Positions 9,621 to 19,089 are shown, counted from the stretch's first letter. The stretch is 45,642 bases of DNA from Saprospiraceae bacterium (GCA_020629535.1 JAHDDD010000002.1:1-45642); one strand, 5' to 3'. Notes: generated by a model from the sequence alone, not told the origin. Program-made: numbers and translations.

Positions 9621-9899
9621 ATATTTATATAAGTACTCTTTAAAGTAAATTTTTATAATTCATACAAATAGTTTGTCAAGTAATAATTATAATGTTGGTC
9701 TCGAAAAGTTTATTTCGGGATTATATAAACAAGTAACAGAATTAGCCTCAATTTGTAGCCAGTAAAAGAAGCATAGCCTTCCCGATTTGGTGGGTGTGGG
9801 TGCCTGCCATGGAGGGCCGCTTTAAATCGGGATGATTTTTTGGTTTCGTTTTTCATCTAGGAAAAAGGAATAGAATTATATAAATTTACTTATCAAGCC

Positions 9900-10919
9900 T
9901 TAGTCTATTCCTAATACTTCTTTTGACATATGCATCGCCACCAACATGTTAGGTACATCAACTACCTCGGCAATTTTTAAATCACCTGCTAAAGAGCAAA
10001 GTGCATAGGCTTCATTTCTGTTCAGATTGTGTTCTGCGACAAGATAGTCTACCATATATTCAACTGCCTTTTTTGCCGCCTCATCAATCGTCTTTCCAAT
10101 GGAGGTAACTGCATAGTAATCCTCTGATTCATATTCCGGCTCACGCAATTGTCGACCACCTTTGACCACTTCAATTTTGTAGGTAATTTGCATTGGTGCT
10201 TCGATCGCTGTACCACAAACTTCTCCCATTCCTTGCACTGCATGAGCATCTCCAATTGAAAACAATGCACCTTCTACAAAGACTGGAAAGTATATCGTAG
10301 TCCCTTCTATCATGTGAGGGTCATCCATATTACCTCCATTCTCCCTCGGTGGAATGGTAGACAACATCTCGTCCGTAGCAGGAGCTACTCCCATTACACC
10401 AGGGAATGGCCTGAGAGGAATCTTGATCTTATCGTTAAACTGAATATGTTTATCTCCTGATTTCATGGGATAGGTTTTCAGATATGGCTCTGTAAATTTA
10501 TCAGCCAAAAACCCAAAACCTGGCAGTATGGAATTCCATCCACAATCTACCAATTCAATGCTCAGCAATTTAATTTTAAGAACGTCTCCCGGTTTAGCAC
10601 CTTTAACGTATACAGGACCCGTTAGTGGATGTATTGGATCAAACTCCAAATCATCTAACACACTTACATCATCTCCACATTTAATCTGTCCGGCACTTGC
10701 TTCCTGAGTGAATGCTTCAATGATTGCACCCGACTCTACTTCAAGTACAGGCTTAATCTTTGAAGAAAACTTGTTGTGAGTTTGATCAGCAGTCAAGGTA
10801 TGATCTGCAACAATCGCCGAAACAGGGTTAAGGTCAATGGAATTTATTGAGGAATTTGTTTTCTCTTGATCACAGGATACTAGTAAGATCAAAAGAGGAA
10901 TGATAAGTAGAAATCGCAT
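9900..10919 (-). CDS. Acetamidase/formamidase (FmdA/AmdA) family protein, predicted lipoprotein
   Basis: Conserved core GGNMDDPHMIEGTTIYFPV..GALFSIGDAHAVQGMGEVCGTAIE. ATG at 10919 gives MRFLLIIPLLILLVSC (lipobox). The 18-aa extension to 10973 looks spurious. Confidence 0.8.
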   Translation of the reverse strand: MRFLLIIPLLILLVSCDQEKTNSSINSIDLNPVSAIVADHTLTADQTHNKFSSKIKPVLEVESGAIIEAFTQEASAGQIKCGDDVSVLDDLEFDPIHPLTGPVYVKGAKPGDVLKIKLLSIELVDCGWNSILPGFGFLADKFTEPYLKTYPMKSGDKHIQFNDKIKIPLRPFPGVMGVAPATDEMLSTIPPRENGGNMDDPHMIEGTTIYFPVFVEGALFSIGDAHAVQGMGEVCGTAIEAPMQITYKIEVVKGGRQLREPEYESEDYYAVTSIGKTIDEAAKKAVEYMVDYLVAEHNLNRNEAYALCSLAGDLKIAEVVDVPNMLVAMHMSKEVLGID

Positions 10920-11026
10920 CTTTTTTTCATTAAGATACAACAACTTAATAAATACATACACCTCTGCATCCAATGGTCAATCCCGTTAATGATCACATTT
11001 AATGATAACAATTGAAATGGCCGTGA

Positions 11027-13276
11027 TTACTTTTCAGTAATCTGATAATTGTTAAACAAATACGATCCATTTGTTAGCTTATGGCAGGTTGAATCTTGAG
11101 AACCTTGCAGTAGAACCTGATCTATGTAGAAATTCTGATTCACATGTAAGAAAGATAATTGGATGGAATCAATTTCTGATTTCTCTAGTGTAAATGAAAT
11201 TCGATCCCAATCAATGTAGGAGTCTTTACTTCCGGCACCATCTACCATTTGTTCTTCCACCAGCGATTGTCCCATGAAGGTCTTACATTGAATCATGGGT
11301 AAATTGTGCTTTTCGCTGTCAATGTGAAGGTACAATGAGAGATCCAAGTTTTGGTCCATGACCTCCATAGAATCAATCTTAAATCCATATTGTGTTTTCT
11401 CTTCATTAATAACCAATGAACCTGGGTCGAAAAGCGATACCCTTTCATTGCTGTACTCATTGAAGCCTTGCTGGTAAAGAATATTCCCACCATTGGATGA
11501 CTTACAAAAGGAGTTGGCTTGGGCATGGGCAGATTGTGTAAGTGAATCGATTTGACTTGGGCTAATCTCATACAAACTATATTCTTTGGTGCTGTGGATT
11601 TCTCGAGCAACATGAATTAATTCCTGCTCTCCTGTGGAAAGCACTTGTTCTGTTTTGCCATAGACCAATAAGATGGCCTTTTCATTTATAAGACCTAAAA
11701 TTTCTTTGGGTATATATTTAGAGGACCCAAACTGAATGGCTCTCTTTGATTCTTTTACACCTATTCTGGAAAGTCGTGCATTGATCATTGGTATGCCTGA
11801 AGCCATTGAGATTCTTGTCGAATAAAACTCAGTGGCCCAAGGAGCTTCTATTCGAGTTTTATCGTTCCAACTTTCCATGATGGGAATTGAGTACAGTGCT
11901 TGGTAACTTTCTTTAGTAACTCCCCAATCTTTTAAATCATCGTTTAATGTAGTCAGGCGATCCTTTTCATAGAAGTTTTCATAGACCTTAAATTTTACCG
12001 TATTTTTTAAATAGTGATGGGTTTCTATGATCCAAATTAAAGATGGAATGATGATGAACAAATAACAAAGTCGGTAAGAATTAAATCGCACATCCTTTGC
12101 CAATCGATCAATACAGATTACACTTAAAATAGACAAGACACTATAAAAAGGCCATGCAAATCTTCCTGAAGCTTTGAACATGGTTAGAATGGACAAACGC
12201 TCACCCAATATTTCAGAGATCCACTGCGGCTTAAAAGGTAAAGAGCTTGCATAGATTAAAAAAAGAAACGAAGCGATGGATAAACTCAACAGAACAGGAA
12301 CATTGACTATGGAATGAAACGACCAATTTTTAAGCTTTGATCTGATGATTAAAACAGGAATTATTAATAGGAAAATGATATTGGTAATACCTAGGTAACA
12401 GTACTTTTCTATTGGAAGTGGTGTTGATCCCAAGTATTTTCCTGGAAGGCTTTCGGCAGGATGAAACAACCCAGTTAAATTTACATTGTTTGCAAAGTAT
12501 CCCCATTGCCATTGAACACGATCCATTTCAGGACTTGTGAACGAAATGGTAAAATAGATACAAAGAATAGCCAATAAAATTGGAAGAATAATTTTGATGG
12601 ACTGGTTTCTATATTTTTGATTTGCTATAAACAATGCGACAGCCGCCAAAATGGTAAATCCACCTCCAATTAAAACGAGGTAAATGCTGTTAAAGCCAAA
12701 CCAAAGAGAAAAGAGAAAAAGAAAAATAGCAGTCCAAGTTTGATTTTTCCCATCGATGTCCATACGGAGAAATAGATAAATATATCCAGCGAAGACAATC
12801 GGATAAGAGGTTCCAAAATGACCTGCTTGAAATCGCAGCATTTGTGGAGATAAAAAAGTAATCAGAATAGCAAATAGAATCGAAGTAAAAATAGCAACAT
12901 TGAAATGCCTCAAAATCTTATAGTAAAGAATACTACAGCCTGCAATCATCAGATAATGTATGCTATGAACTGACCCAACAATATGATTGGTAATTGGGTT
13001 GTTCTCCCAGACCGTATGGATAAGTGCGAAAAAATTGCTCAATGATGCCTGACAAGCCGTCATGAAAATAGATTCATGAATCGGATAATTCATGTTTTCT
13101 AAGAGTAAACTTTTACCGTACCAACTATGCCAAATGATATTATAATACATGATGGCAGCATCTCCTCCAAACGCATACACGTATTGATCTGGATGGATTA
13201 AAGCAGAACCCAAAAAATACCATAGTATGAACAAGGGAATAATCCCAGAAAGTACGAGAGCTATGTTCCTTTTCAC
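11027..13276 (-). CDS. Large polytopic membrane protein with C-terminal soluble domain (GT-C/YfhO-like architecture; function unknown)
   Basis: 749-aa ORF. About 12-14 hydrophobic helices in the first ~430 aa, with an Asp-containing first loop (FGGDAAIMYY), then a ~300-aa hydrophilic domain. No diagnostic motif recognised. Confidence 0.55.
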   Translation of the reverse strand: MKRNIALVLSGIIPLFILWYFLGSALIHPDQYVYAFGGDAAIMYYNIIWHSWYGKSLLLENMNYPIHESIFMTACQASLSNFFALIHTVWENNPITNHIVGSVHSIHYLMIAGCSILYYKILRHFNVAIFTSILFAILITFLSPQMLRFQAGHFGTSYPIVFAGYIYLFLRMDIDGKNQTWTAIFLFLFSLWFGFNSIYLVLIGGGFTILAAVALFIANQKYRNQSIKIILPILLAILCIYFTISFTSPEMDRVQWQWGYFANNVNLTGLFHPAESLPGKYLGSTPLPIEKYCYLGITNIIFLLIIPVLIIRSKLKNWSFHSIVNVPVLLSLSIASFLFLIYASSLPFKPQWISEILGERLSILTMFKASGRFAWPFYSVLSILSVICIDRLAKDVRFNSYRLCYLFIIIPSLIWIIETHHYLKNTVKFKVYENFYEKDRLTTLNDDLKDWGVTKESYQALYSIPIMESWNDKTRIEAPWATEFYSTRISMASGIPMINARLSRIGVKESKRAIQFGSSKYIPKEILGLINEKAILLVYGKTEQVLSTGEQELIHVAREIHSTKEYSLYEISPSQIDSLTQSAHAQANSFCKSSNGGNILYQQGFNEYSNERVSLFDPGSLVINEEKTQYGFKIDSMEVMDQNLDLSLYLHIDSEKHNLPMIQCKTFMGQSLVEEQMVDGAGSKDSYIDWDRISFTLEKSEIDSIQLSFLHVNQNFYIDQVLLQGSQDSTCHKLTNGSYLFNNYQITEK

Positions 13277-13416
13277 ATGAACATATATACGAATAAAATG
13301 AACTTAATTGAAACTAGAAGGAAGCAAAATCAAGCAAAGTCTAAATAGCTACAAAATTGTAAGACTTTAGTAAATAGATTTTAACTAGATCTCTCTTCCC
13401 TTTCTTATCAATTAAT

Positions 13417-14361
13417 TTATCCCAACTTTGCAATCAGCTTGTCCGCCAACTCGAGTGCAATTTTTTCCTGAGCCTGAACAGTTGAAGCTCCTATATGAGG
13501 CGTACAAGATACTTTTGGGTGATTCAAAAGTGTTGGTCTTGGAGTAGGTTCGTTTTCAAATACGTCCAAACCGGCAGCTGCTACCTTACCGCTCTCCAAG
13601 GCAGAAAGCAATGCATCTTCATCAATGGTTCCACCTCTTGCGGCATTGAGAATCACAACACCATCTTTCATTTTTGCAAAAGCGTCTGTATCAAGAACTG
13701 CTTTCCCGGTAAACGGAACATGAAGAGAGATGACATCAGCTTTAGAAAAAAGATCATTGATGTCTGAGGTTTTAATTGTGTTCTTCACAAGCTGATTACC
13801 AACTTTCTGCTCTAGATCTACCGTAATATCGAACATGTCTGAAGCTATAACATCCATTCCACAACCAAATGCCAATTTTGCCAATTCCTGTCCTATTCTT
13901 CCAAAACCAATGATTCCCATTGTCTTTGCTTCAAGCTCAAAACCTTTCGAATATGATTTTTTCAATCCTTTGAAGTCGGTATTGCCTTGTTCCGGCATTT
14001 GTCTGTTCGACAGGTGAACAAATCTAGCCAAACTCATCGCATGACCCATCGCCAATTCAGCTACAGATCTTGAAGAAGCAGCTGGAGTATTCTCTACTGA
14101 GATACCTTTTGACTTTGCAAAGTCTACATCAATGTTGTCAAGACCTACCCCACCTCGTCCAATAACTTTAAGATTTGGACATTGAGAAATAAGGTCTTCT
14201 CTCACTTTTGTTGCACTTCTAACACAAATAGCATCGAAGTCAGGTAGCTTTGAAGACAACTCTTCTTGAGGAATTCTGTCTGTTTGAACTTCATGTCCTG
14301 CATCAACCAATCGCTGTATACCGCTTGGGTGCATTCCATCATTTATTAATATTCTTGCCAT
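13417..14361 (-). CDS. D-isomer-specific 2-hydroxyacid dehydrogenase (D-3-phosphoglycerate dehydrogenase-like, short form without ACT domain)
   Basis: NAD motif GIIGFGRIGQELAKLA and catalytic region ..NAARGGTIDE..L..AL..G..AAGLDVFENEP...TPHIGAST. Confidence 0.8.
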   Translation of the reverse strand: MARILINDGMHPSGIQRLVDAGHEVQTDRIPQEELSSKLPDFDAICVRSATKVREDLISQCPNLKVIGRGGVGLDNIDVDFAKSKGISVENTPAASSRSVAELAMGHAMSLARFVHLSNRQMPEQGNTDFKGLKKSYSKGFELEAKTMGIIGFGRIGQELAKLAFGCGMDVIASDMFDITVDLEQKVGNQLVKNTIKTSDINDLFSKADVISLHVPFTGKAVLDTDAFAKMKDGVVILNAARGGTIDEDALLSALESGKVAAAGLDVFENEPTPRPTLLNHPKVSCTPHIGASTVQAQEKIALELADKLIAKLG

Positions 14362-14475
14362 GATTCAAAATTTAAGCTGCAAATAACGTAATTTTTAAAC
14401 TCTGAGTAAACCCCTTTATGTGAATAAATGGTAAAGATTAAAGCCTTTTACCTATGTAAATACATATAAAAGAAA

Positions 14476-14506
14476 TTTGTTATATGATGAATTATGGCTA
14501 CATTTG
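14476..14506 (+). promoter_or_regulatory. Candidate Bacteroidota promoter (-33 TTTG / -7 TACATTTG) for exbB-exbD-exbD-tonB
   Basis: TTTG at 14476-14479 and TAnnTTTG at 14499-14506, 19 nt apart, 50 nt upstream of the exbB ATG. Confidence 0.4.
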
Positions 14507-14555
14507 CAATTAATCAATTTTTCGCTTCGTTACAACGTAAATTAACTTTTAGGCA

Positions 14556-15245
14556 ATGCATTCATTGAGTTTTTTCCTTTTCCAAAAAGCGTCTGAAGAA
14601 GAATCAGTTAGTCTTTTTAAACTTCTGTTTAAAGATGGAGGTATCGGTGACATACTTGGATTGGTCATCGTATTGATTCTTGCGATTCTATCCATCATCG
14701 CTGTTGCAATATTTTTTGAAAGATATTGGACCATCAAGAAAGCCGGTAGAATAGATCAAACTTTTATCAATAATATAAGAGCAGCCGTGGCAGCTGGTAA
14801 TATCGAAGGTGCCAAAAATGTTTGCTCAAATATGGATTCACCTTATTCAAGAATGGTGTTGAAAGGTTTGCAAAGAATAGGTAAACCATTGAGAGATATC
14901 GATGCTGCTATTGAAAATGTAGGTAACCTCGAGTTGTTCAAGCTAGAAAAAAGATTGTCAACATTGGCAAGTATCGCTGGAGCTGCACCAATGATTGGAT
15001 TCTTTGGTACAGTAACCGGGATGATCTTGGCATTTTATAAAATGTCATCAGAAAACAATGTTACTCCTGATGTACTTGCTGGTGGTATTTATCAAGCATT
15101 GTTTACCACAGCAGGTGGGTTGTTCATTGGTATCCTTGCATTCGTAGGATACAACCTTTTGGTAGCAAGTATTGACAAAGTAATATACCAAATGGAAGCA
15201 ACTGCCGTTGAATTTATGGATTTGCTTCAAGAACCAAGCAACTAG
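14556..15245 (+). CDS. exbB: MotA/TolQ/ExbB proton-channel family protein
   Basis: Three TM segments. Conserved ...APMIGFFGTVTGMILAF... and ...ALFTTAGGLFIGILAF... motifs. Followed by two exbD genes and tonB. Confidence 0.9.
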   Translation: MHSLSFFLFQKASEEESVSLFKLLFKDGGIGDILGLVIVLILAILSIIAVAIFFERYWTIKKAGRIDQTFINNIRAAVAAGNIEGAKNVCSNMDSPYSRMVLKGLQRIGKPLRDIDAAIENVGNLELFKLEKRLSTLASIAGAAPMIGFFGTVTGMILAFYKMSSENNVTPDVLAGGIYQALFTTAGGLFIGILAFVGYNLLVASIDKVIYQMEATAVEFMDLLQEPSN

Positions 15246-15256
15246 TTCACCATTAG

Positions 15257-15646
15257 ATGAAAAAAAGAAATAAAGTAAGTGCGGAATTTAGTATGTCCTC
15301 TTTGACGGACATCATTTTCCTATTGCTCATTTTCTTTATGTTGACTTCATCAATGGTGCAGATCAATGTTGAACTTCCAAAATCGGATTCTAAAACAGTT
15401 GCGCCTACTGATATGGCTGTAATGTTGACCAAAGATGGAAGGGTGACTTATAATGGAAGAGCCACCAGACTTTCAAAAGTAGAGGGTCTCATTTACAAGG
15501 ATCTTGGATATCAGAAAAACGTGCAGAACGCAACCATTACAATCATTTCAGAAGTAGGAGTACCATGGGAGAAAGTCAACGATGTAATGACCATAGCAAG
15601 TAAATTGAGAATCAAAGCCATAATCGCAACACAACCTTCTTCATAA
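15257..15646 (+). CDS. exbD: ExbD/TolR biopolymer transport protein (copy 1)
   Basis: 129 aa. N-terminal ...SMSSLTDIIFLLLIFFMLTS (conserved Asp in the TM helix) and a periplasmic domain. Confidence 0.9.
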   Translation: MKKRNKVSAEFSMSSLTDIIFLLLIFFMLTSSMVQINVELPKSDSKTVAPTDMAVMLTKDGRVTYNGRATRLSKVEGLIYKDLGYQKNVQNATITIISEVGVPWEKVNDVMTIASKLRIKAIIATQPSS

Positions 15647-15653
15647 TATGGGA

Positions 15654-16043
15654 ATGAAAAGAAGAAATAAGGTTAGCGCTGAATTCAGCATGTCTTCATT
15701 GACAGATATCATCTTTCTGTTATTGATATTCTTCATGCTGACTTCATCAATGATTATCCCGAATGCATTGAACCTCAAACTACCAGGAAAATCAAACGAT
15801 AATCCCCCACCTACAAAGACAAGACCTACAATAGTAAACATTGAAAGGAACGGCACTTACAAGTTGAACGGAAGTAATATTTCCAAATCAAAATTGAATA
15901 GTGCTGTAGCACAATTGAAAAAAGAAAATAAAAAATCATTCATCATTACACCTGATGATAAAGCACCCAGCGAAGCAGTAGTGGCAGTAATGGACATGGC
16001 TTTTAGATATCAGCTTGAAGCCATTATTACCGACCCGAAGTAA
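15654..16043 (+). CDS. exbD: ExbD/TolR biopolymer transport protein (copy 2)
   Basis: Same N-terminal 30 aa as copy 1, with a diverged periplasmic domain. ATG 15654 parallels the copy-1 start (MKRRNKV vs MKKRNKV). ATG 15648 is an alternative. Confidence 0.9.
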   Translation: MKRRNKVSAEFSMSSLTDIIFLLLIFFMLTSSMIIPNALNLKLPGKSNDNPPPTKTRPTIVNIERNGTYKLNGSNISKSKLNSAVAQLKKENKKSFIITPDDKAPSEAVVAVMDMAFRYQLEAIITDPK

Positions 16044-16103
16044 AACTTAATTCTACAATTTATTAACCATTACATGATTATCTAACGGTAATTAGTATAT
16101 GTT

Positions 16104-16958
16104 ATGCACATACATGATCTGACATTTGACGAAAAAGAAAGAAGAAAGAACAGCAACATCATTAGCTTTGCTATACATCTTTTGTTATTGATTCTATTAT
16201 TCTTCTTGCCCATTTTTGGTTCTTCTCCCATTCAGGAGACGGTTCAGGGTATTGTGGTAAATTTTGGTAATCCAAACGCCGGCACACCTCAAGAAAATCC
16301 TTTGAAAGAGTTTACGCCTACTTCTGCAAAAGCTGAAGAAGCTCCTAAGGAAGAAATCGAAGAAGTAGAAAAACAAAGAACTGTGGCTCCCACGAAAACT
16401 GAAATTAAAAGTAAAATAATTGAAAAGGAATCATCTGTAGTTATAAGTGAACCGGTCAAAAAGGAAGTAAAAGAAATTGAAAAAGTAAACGAAATAGAGG
16501 TCTCTTCTTCTCCTGCACAGGAAGAAAAAGTAAACGAAGAAGAACAAATCGAAGCCGAACTTATCGAAGCCAAAGCCAGATTTGGATCATTATTCAACAA
16601 TAATTCTAAAGGAGAAATTCCTACGGAAAAAGGAGATGAATTTGGAAAACCAAGTTCAGATATACTTGCTGGTCACAGTACAGGTAAAGGAGAAATCGGA
16701 GAAGGACTAGATGGCAGAGACATTATATACGAGCCTGAAATCAAAGACAATTCTCAAAAGAAAGGTGTTGTCATGATAAAAATTTGTGTGGACAAAGAAG
16801 GAAATGTCATCAACGCAAGATACACCCAACAAGGATCTACGACTACAGACAACTACCTTGTAGATTTAGGTATAAAAAGTGCAAGGAAATACAAATTCAG
16901 CCCTTCCAAAGTCGAAGAACAATGTGGAGTAATCGGTATTGAGTTTATTGTAAAGTGA
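16104..16958 (+). CDS. tonB: Energy transducer TonB with Glu/Lys-rich linker
   Basis: N-terminal TM (IISFAIHLLLLILLFFLPIF), a long EK-rich spacer, and a C-terminal TonB domain (..GVVMIKICVDKEGNVINARYTQQGSTTTDNYLVDLGIKSARKYKFSP..). Sits in the exbBD operon. Confidence 0.8.
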   Translation: MHIHDLTFDEKERRKNSNIISFAIHLLLLILLFFLPIFGSSPIQETVQGIVVNFGNPNAGTPQENPLKEFTPTSAKAEEAPKEEIEEVEKQRTVAPTKTEIKSKIIEKESSVVISEPVKKEVKEIEKVNEIEVSSSPAQEEKVNEEEQIEAELIEAKARFGSLFNNNSKGEIPTEKGDEFGKPSSDILAGHSTGKGEIGEGLDGRDIIYEPEIKDNSQKKGVVMIKICVDKEGNVINARYTQQGSTTTDNYLVDLGIKSARKYKFSPSKVEEQCGVIGIEFIVK

Positions 16959-16973
16959 TTGACCTGTTTTAAA

Positions 16974-17498
16974 TTACTGTTTGTAATTTTCCCAACTGAT
17001 CGTCTTATACATTTCTTCTTTGGCAAAGATCAATTCTTGAAGAACACCTTCAGGTTTTTTGTAACCAGGAGAGATCAATATTCTCGCCCAATCTTCATCT
17101 AAAGCAACAAAAGAAGGATATCCAAGTCTACCATTTAACAAGGCTGATGCGAGTTGATGTGCACCCCTTCTGCCCTCACCGCTGTATACGAAAGTATGAT
17201 CATTGAATATAATCGTGTCCTTTTGCTCTGCATCAAACTTAATCGCATAGAAGTGTTCATTCATATAATCAACTACTTCCTGATCTTGAAATGTAGTCTG
17301 ATCCATTTTTTTGCACCAACCACACCAATCAGTGTACATATCGATGTAAACCTTTTTTGGATTCTCCTTGGACGCTTCAACAGCTTCTTGCCAACTCATC
17401 CAGTTTATTTGTTTTGCAGCAACCTTGCTTTCTTGCCCAAATACCAAGTATTGTGAAAGACAAAGAATAAGAACAATGGTAAATCTCATTTTAATCAA
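16974..17498 (-). CDS. Exported thioredoxin-fold protein (CxxC = CGWC)
   Basis: Signal peptide ending VFG|QES. Motif VYIDMYTDWCGWCKKMD is typical of Thioredoxin_7/DUF255-like proteins. Confidence 0.8.
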   Translation of the reverse strand: MIKMRFTIVLILCLSQYLVFGQESKVAAKQINWMSWQEAVEASKENPKKVYIDMYTDWCGWCKKMDQTTFQDQEVVDYMNEHFYAIKFDAEQKDTIIFNDHTFVYSGEGRRGAHQLASALLNGRLGYPSFVALDEDWARILISPGYKKPEGVLQELIFAKEEMYKTISWENYKQ

Positions 17499-17584
17499 TT
17501 GTGAATCTAAATTAACAATATTATTTATTACAATAAAGATGAGATGTAACAGCAGTGCATTTGTAACGAAAGCTGGGAATAAAA

Positions 17585-17622
17585 AATCAATAAAAAAGGG
17601 TCAATGGCTTCGCCATCAACCC
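17585..17622 (-). terminator. Rho-independent terminator after the HhH-repeat gene
   Basis: Minus strand GGGTTGATGGC-GAA-GCCATTGACCC: 11-bp stem including two G.U pairs, followed by TTTTTTATTGATTTTTT. Confidence 0.6.
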
Positions 17623-17643
17623 TTTGTAGATCAAATTGTTTGT

Positions 17644-19089
17644 CTATTTGCCACCATTCAATGATTCCTGGTAGGCTTCTAGCTCATCCCATTTGCCTTC
17701 TGCGGCAAGCTTGGCTTGTGAAGGCCAAGTGCGCGGATCAGCAAGTTTATAACGGTCTCCTGCGCTATTGAGGATAGACTGTAATTTATCCTGACTTGTA
17801 TCTGCTAATTCATTCCATGTGGATATCCCATTGTTGGTCAGAAGCTCTGCAATCTTTGGTCCAATACCTTCGACGGCTTTTAAGTCATCTTGGGCGTATT
17901 GCTTCATGATTCCAAGCTTGATCATCACTTTCTCAGCTTTTGAGTCCGAACCATCTGCCTTTTGCATAGAGATCAATCCTTCCCAATCACCGTTATTGGC
18001 CTTGCTGGCCTGAGCTGACCAATCGGCAGGGTCTATTATCTTATACTTATCTCCATATTTATCTAAAATAGCTCTAAGATCTGATTCAGTTTTTGATGAT
18101 AGTGCAGCCCAACTGTTCACTCCATTTTCTTTGAGAACAGATTCCATTTTCGGTCCAATGCCTTCAATGATTTGTAGGTTGTCTGATTTCAGTTTTGCAT
18201 ACTTATCTGGTTTGCTCGAGCCTGCTGCCAAAGATGTTGCACCTGTGGAAAGTCCGATGGAATCTCCGACATCTCCTTGACTCTCTCCATCTTCCTTCGT
18301 AACTGAATCTGTTGATTTACTTTCTGCTGTTCCTTTTTCAGATGTGCCATACATCAATCTTTCTGCTTTCGATTCCGAACCGTCTGCCTTTTGCAATTTG
18401 ATCATGGTTTCAAAATCACCATCACATGCAGCCTTCGCCTGAGGAATCCATCCGGCAGGATCAATCATTTTATATTTATCTCCATATTTATCAAGAATAG
18501 ATCTCAATTCAGATTCACTTCTTGATGCCAATTGACAGAAGTTATGAATTCCATTTTCATTGAGAACCTCTTCCATTTTCGGTCCAATACCTTCAATCAT
18601 TTGAAGTTGATCTTTCTCCACAACTTCTTCTGTCAATGATGCGACTCCCGCACCTGCAATTCCAGCGGTAGTAATATTAGATTTGCTTTCTTCTACATTT
18701 GGCTCTTCTACAACTTCTTCAACCAGCGTATCTTTAACATCTTGCATTTCTACATCTCCCGCATCGGATGTATTTGTTTCAATGCTTGCCATAAGACCCG
18801 CATTGGTTTCTTCTAGCTCTGTGATTCTAGCTTGGCACTCCCTCATTCTTCCACGTTCAAGTGCCAAATCACTATCCAATGCAGCTCTTGCTTTTCTACA
18901 CTCATCCAAATCAGCTTCAAGATCTCTTATGTTTGACTTTAATTTCGCAATATCCTCTTGTGCTTCTTCATACATTCTTTTCCACTTTGCCCAAAGGGCC
19001 CATCCAAGAAGAAGTCCTAATATAAAAGGCAATAACCACCATAGCCACCAACTATCACAAAAGGTTTGGAAAAATCCTAAGTATATCAT
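17644..19089 (-). CDS. Membrane-anchored coiled-coil protein with three tandem helix-hairpin-helix (H3TH/COG3743-like) repeats
   Basis: 481 aa. Trp-rich TM (WWLWWLLPFILGLLLGWALWA-KWKR), a charged heptad-like segment, an acidic linker, then 3 x ~80-87 aa repeats, each with IEGIGPK..L..NG(I/V) and DKYGDKYK.IDPA.W..QA.. Confidence 0.7.
   Translation of the reverse strand: MIYLGFFQTFCDSWWLWWLLPFILGLLLGWALWAKWKRMYEEAQEDIAKLKSNIRDLEADLDECRKARAALDSDLALERGRMRECQARITELEETNAGLMASIETNTSDAGDVEMQDVKDTLVEEVVEEPNVEESKSNITTAGIAGAGVASLTEEVVEKDQLQMIEGIGPKMEEVLNENGIHNFCQLASRSESELRSILDKYGDKYKMIDPAGWIPQAKAACDGDFETMIKLQKADGSESKAERLMYGTSEKGTAESKSTDSVTKEDGESQGDVGDSIGLSTGATSLAAGSSKPDKYAKLKSDNLQIIEGIGPKMESVLKENGVNSWAALSSKTESDLRAILDKYGDKYKIIDPADWSAQASKANNGDWEGLISMQKADGSDSKAEKVMIKLGIMKQYAQDDLKAVEGIGPKIAELLTNNGISTWNELADTSQDKLQSILNSAGDRYKLADPRTWPSQAKLAAEGKWDELEAYQESLNGGK
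17656..18612 (-). repeat. Three in-frame tandem coding repeats (18355-18612, 17926-18186, 17656-17892)
   Basis: Protein repeats align residue by residue. Copies 1 and 2 are still recognisably similar at DNA level (e.g. ttttcggtccaatRccttcaatSatttg; ttataYttatctccatatttatc). Copy 3 is more diverged. Confidence 0.75.

Noticed and set aside
9561-9632. 23-codon ORF (MNYRSFKKIKRAVNVLAALFIFI) downstream of susD.
   Set aside because: Its 3' half is the terminator hairpin and T-tract itself, and it has no independent support.
10920-10973. 18-codon extension of the formamidase ORF. The same issue applies to the 12-codon extension of the M28 ORF (33635-33670), the TTG extensions of DUF3108 (40290-40304) and PorV-like (43938-43982), and TTG 3297 for DUF885.
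   Set aside because: In each case an internal ATG produces a canonical signal peptide or lipobox. The longer form would bury it, overlaps the upstream gene, or begins at a TTG.
17644-19089. Considered annotating the HhH-repeat protein as ComEA.
   Set aside because: The architecture differs (coiled coil, three COG3743-type repeats). The KWKR cluster after the TM helix predicts a cytoplasmic, not periplasmic, location for the repeats. Kept as a hypothesis only.
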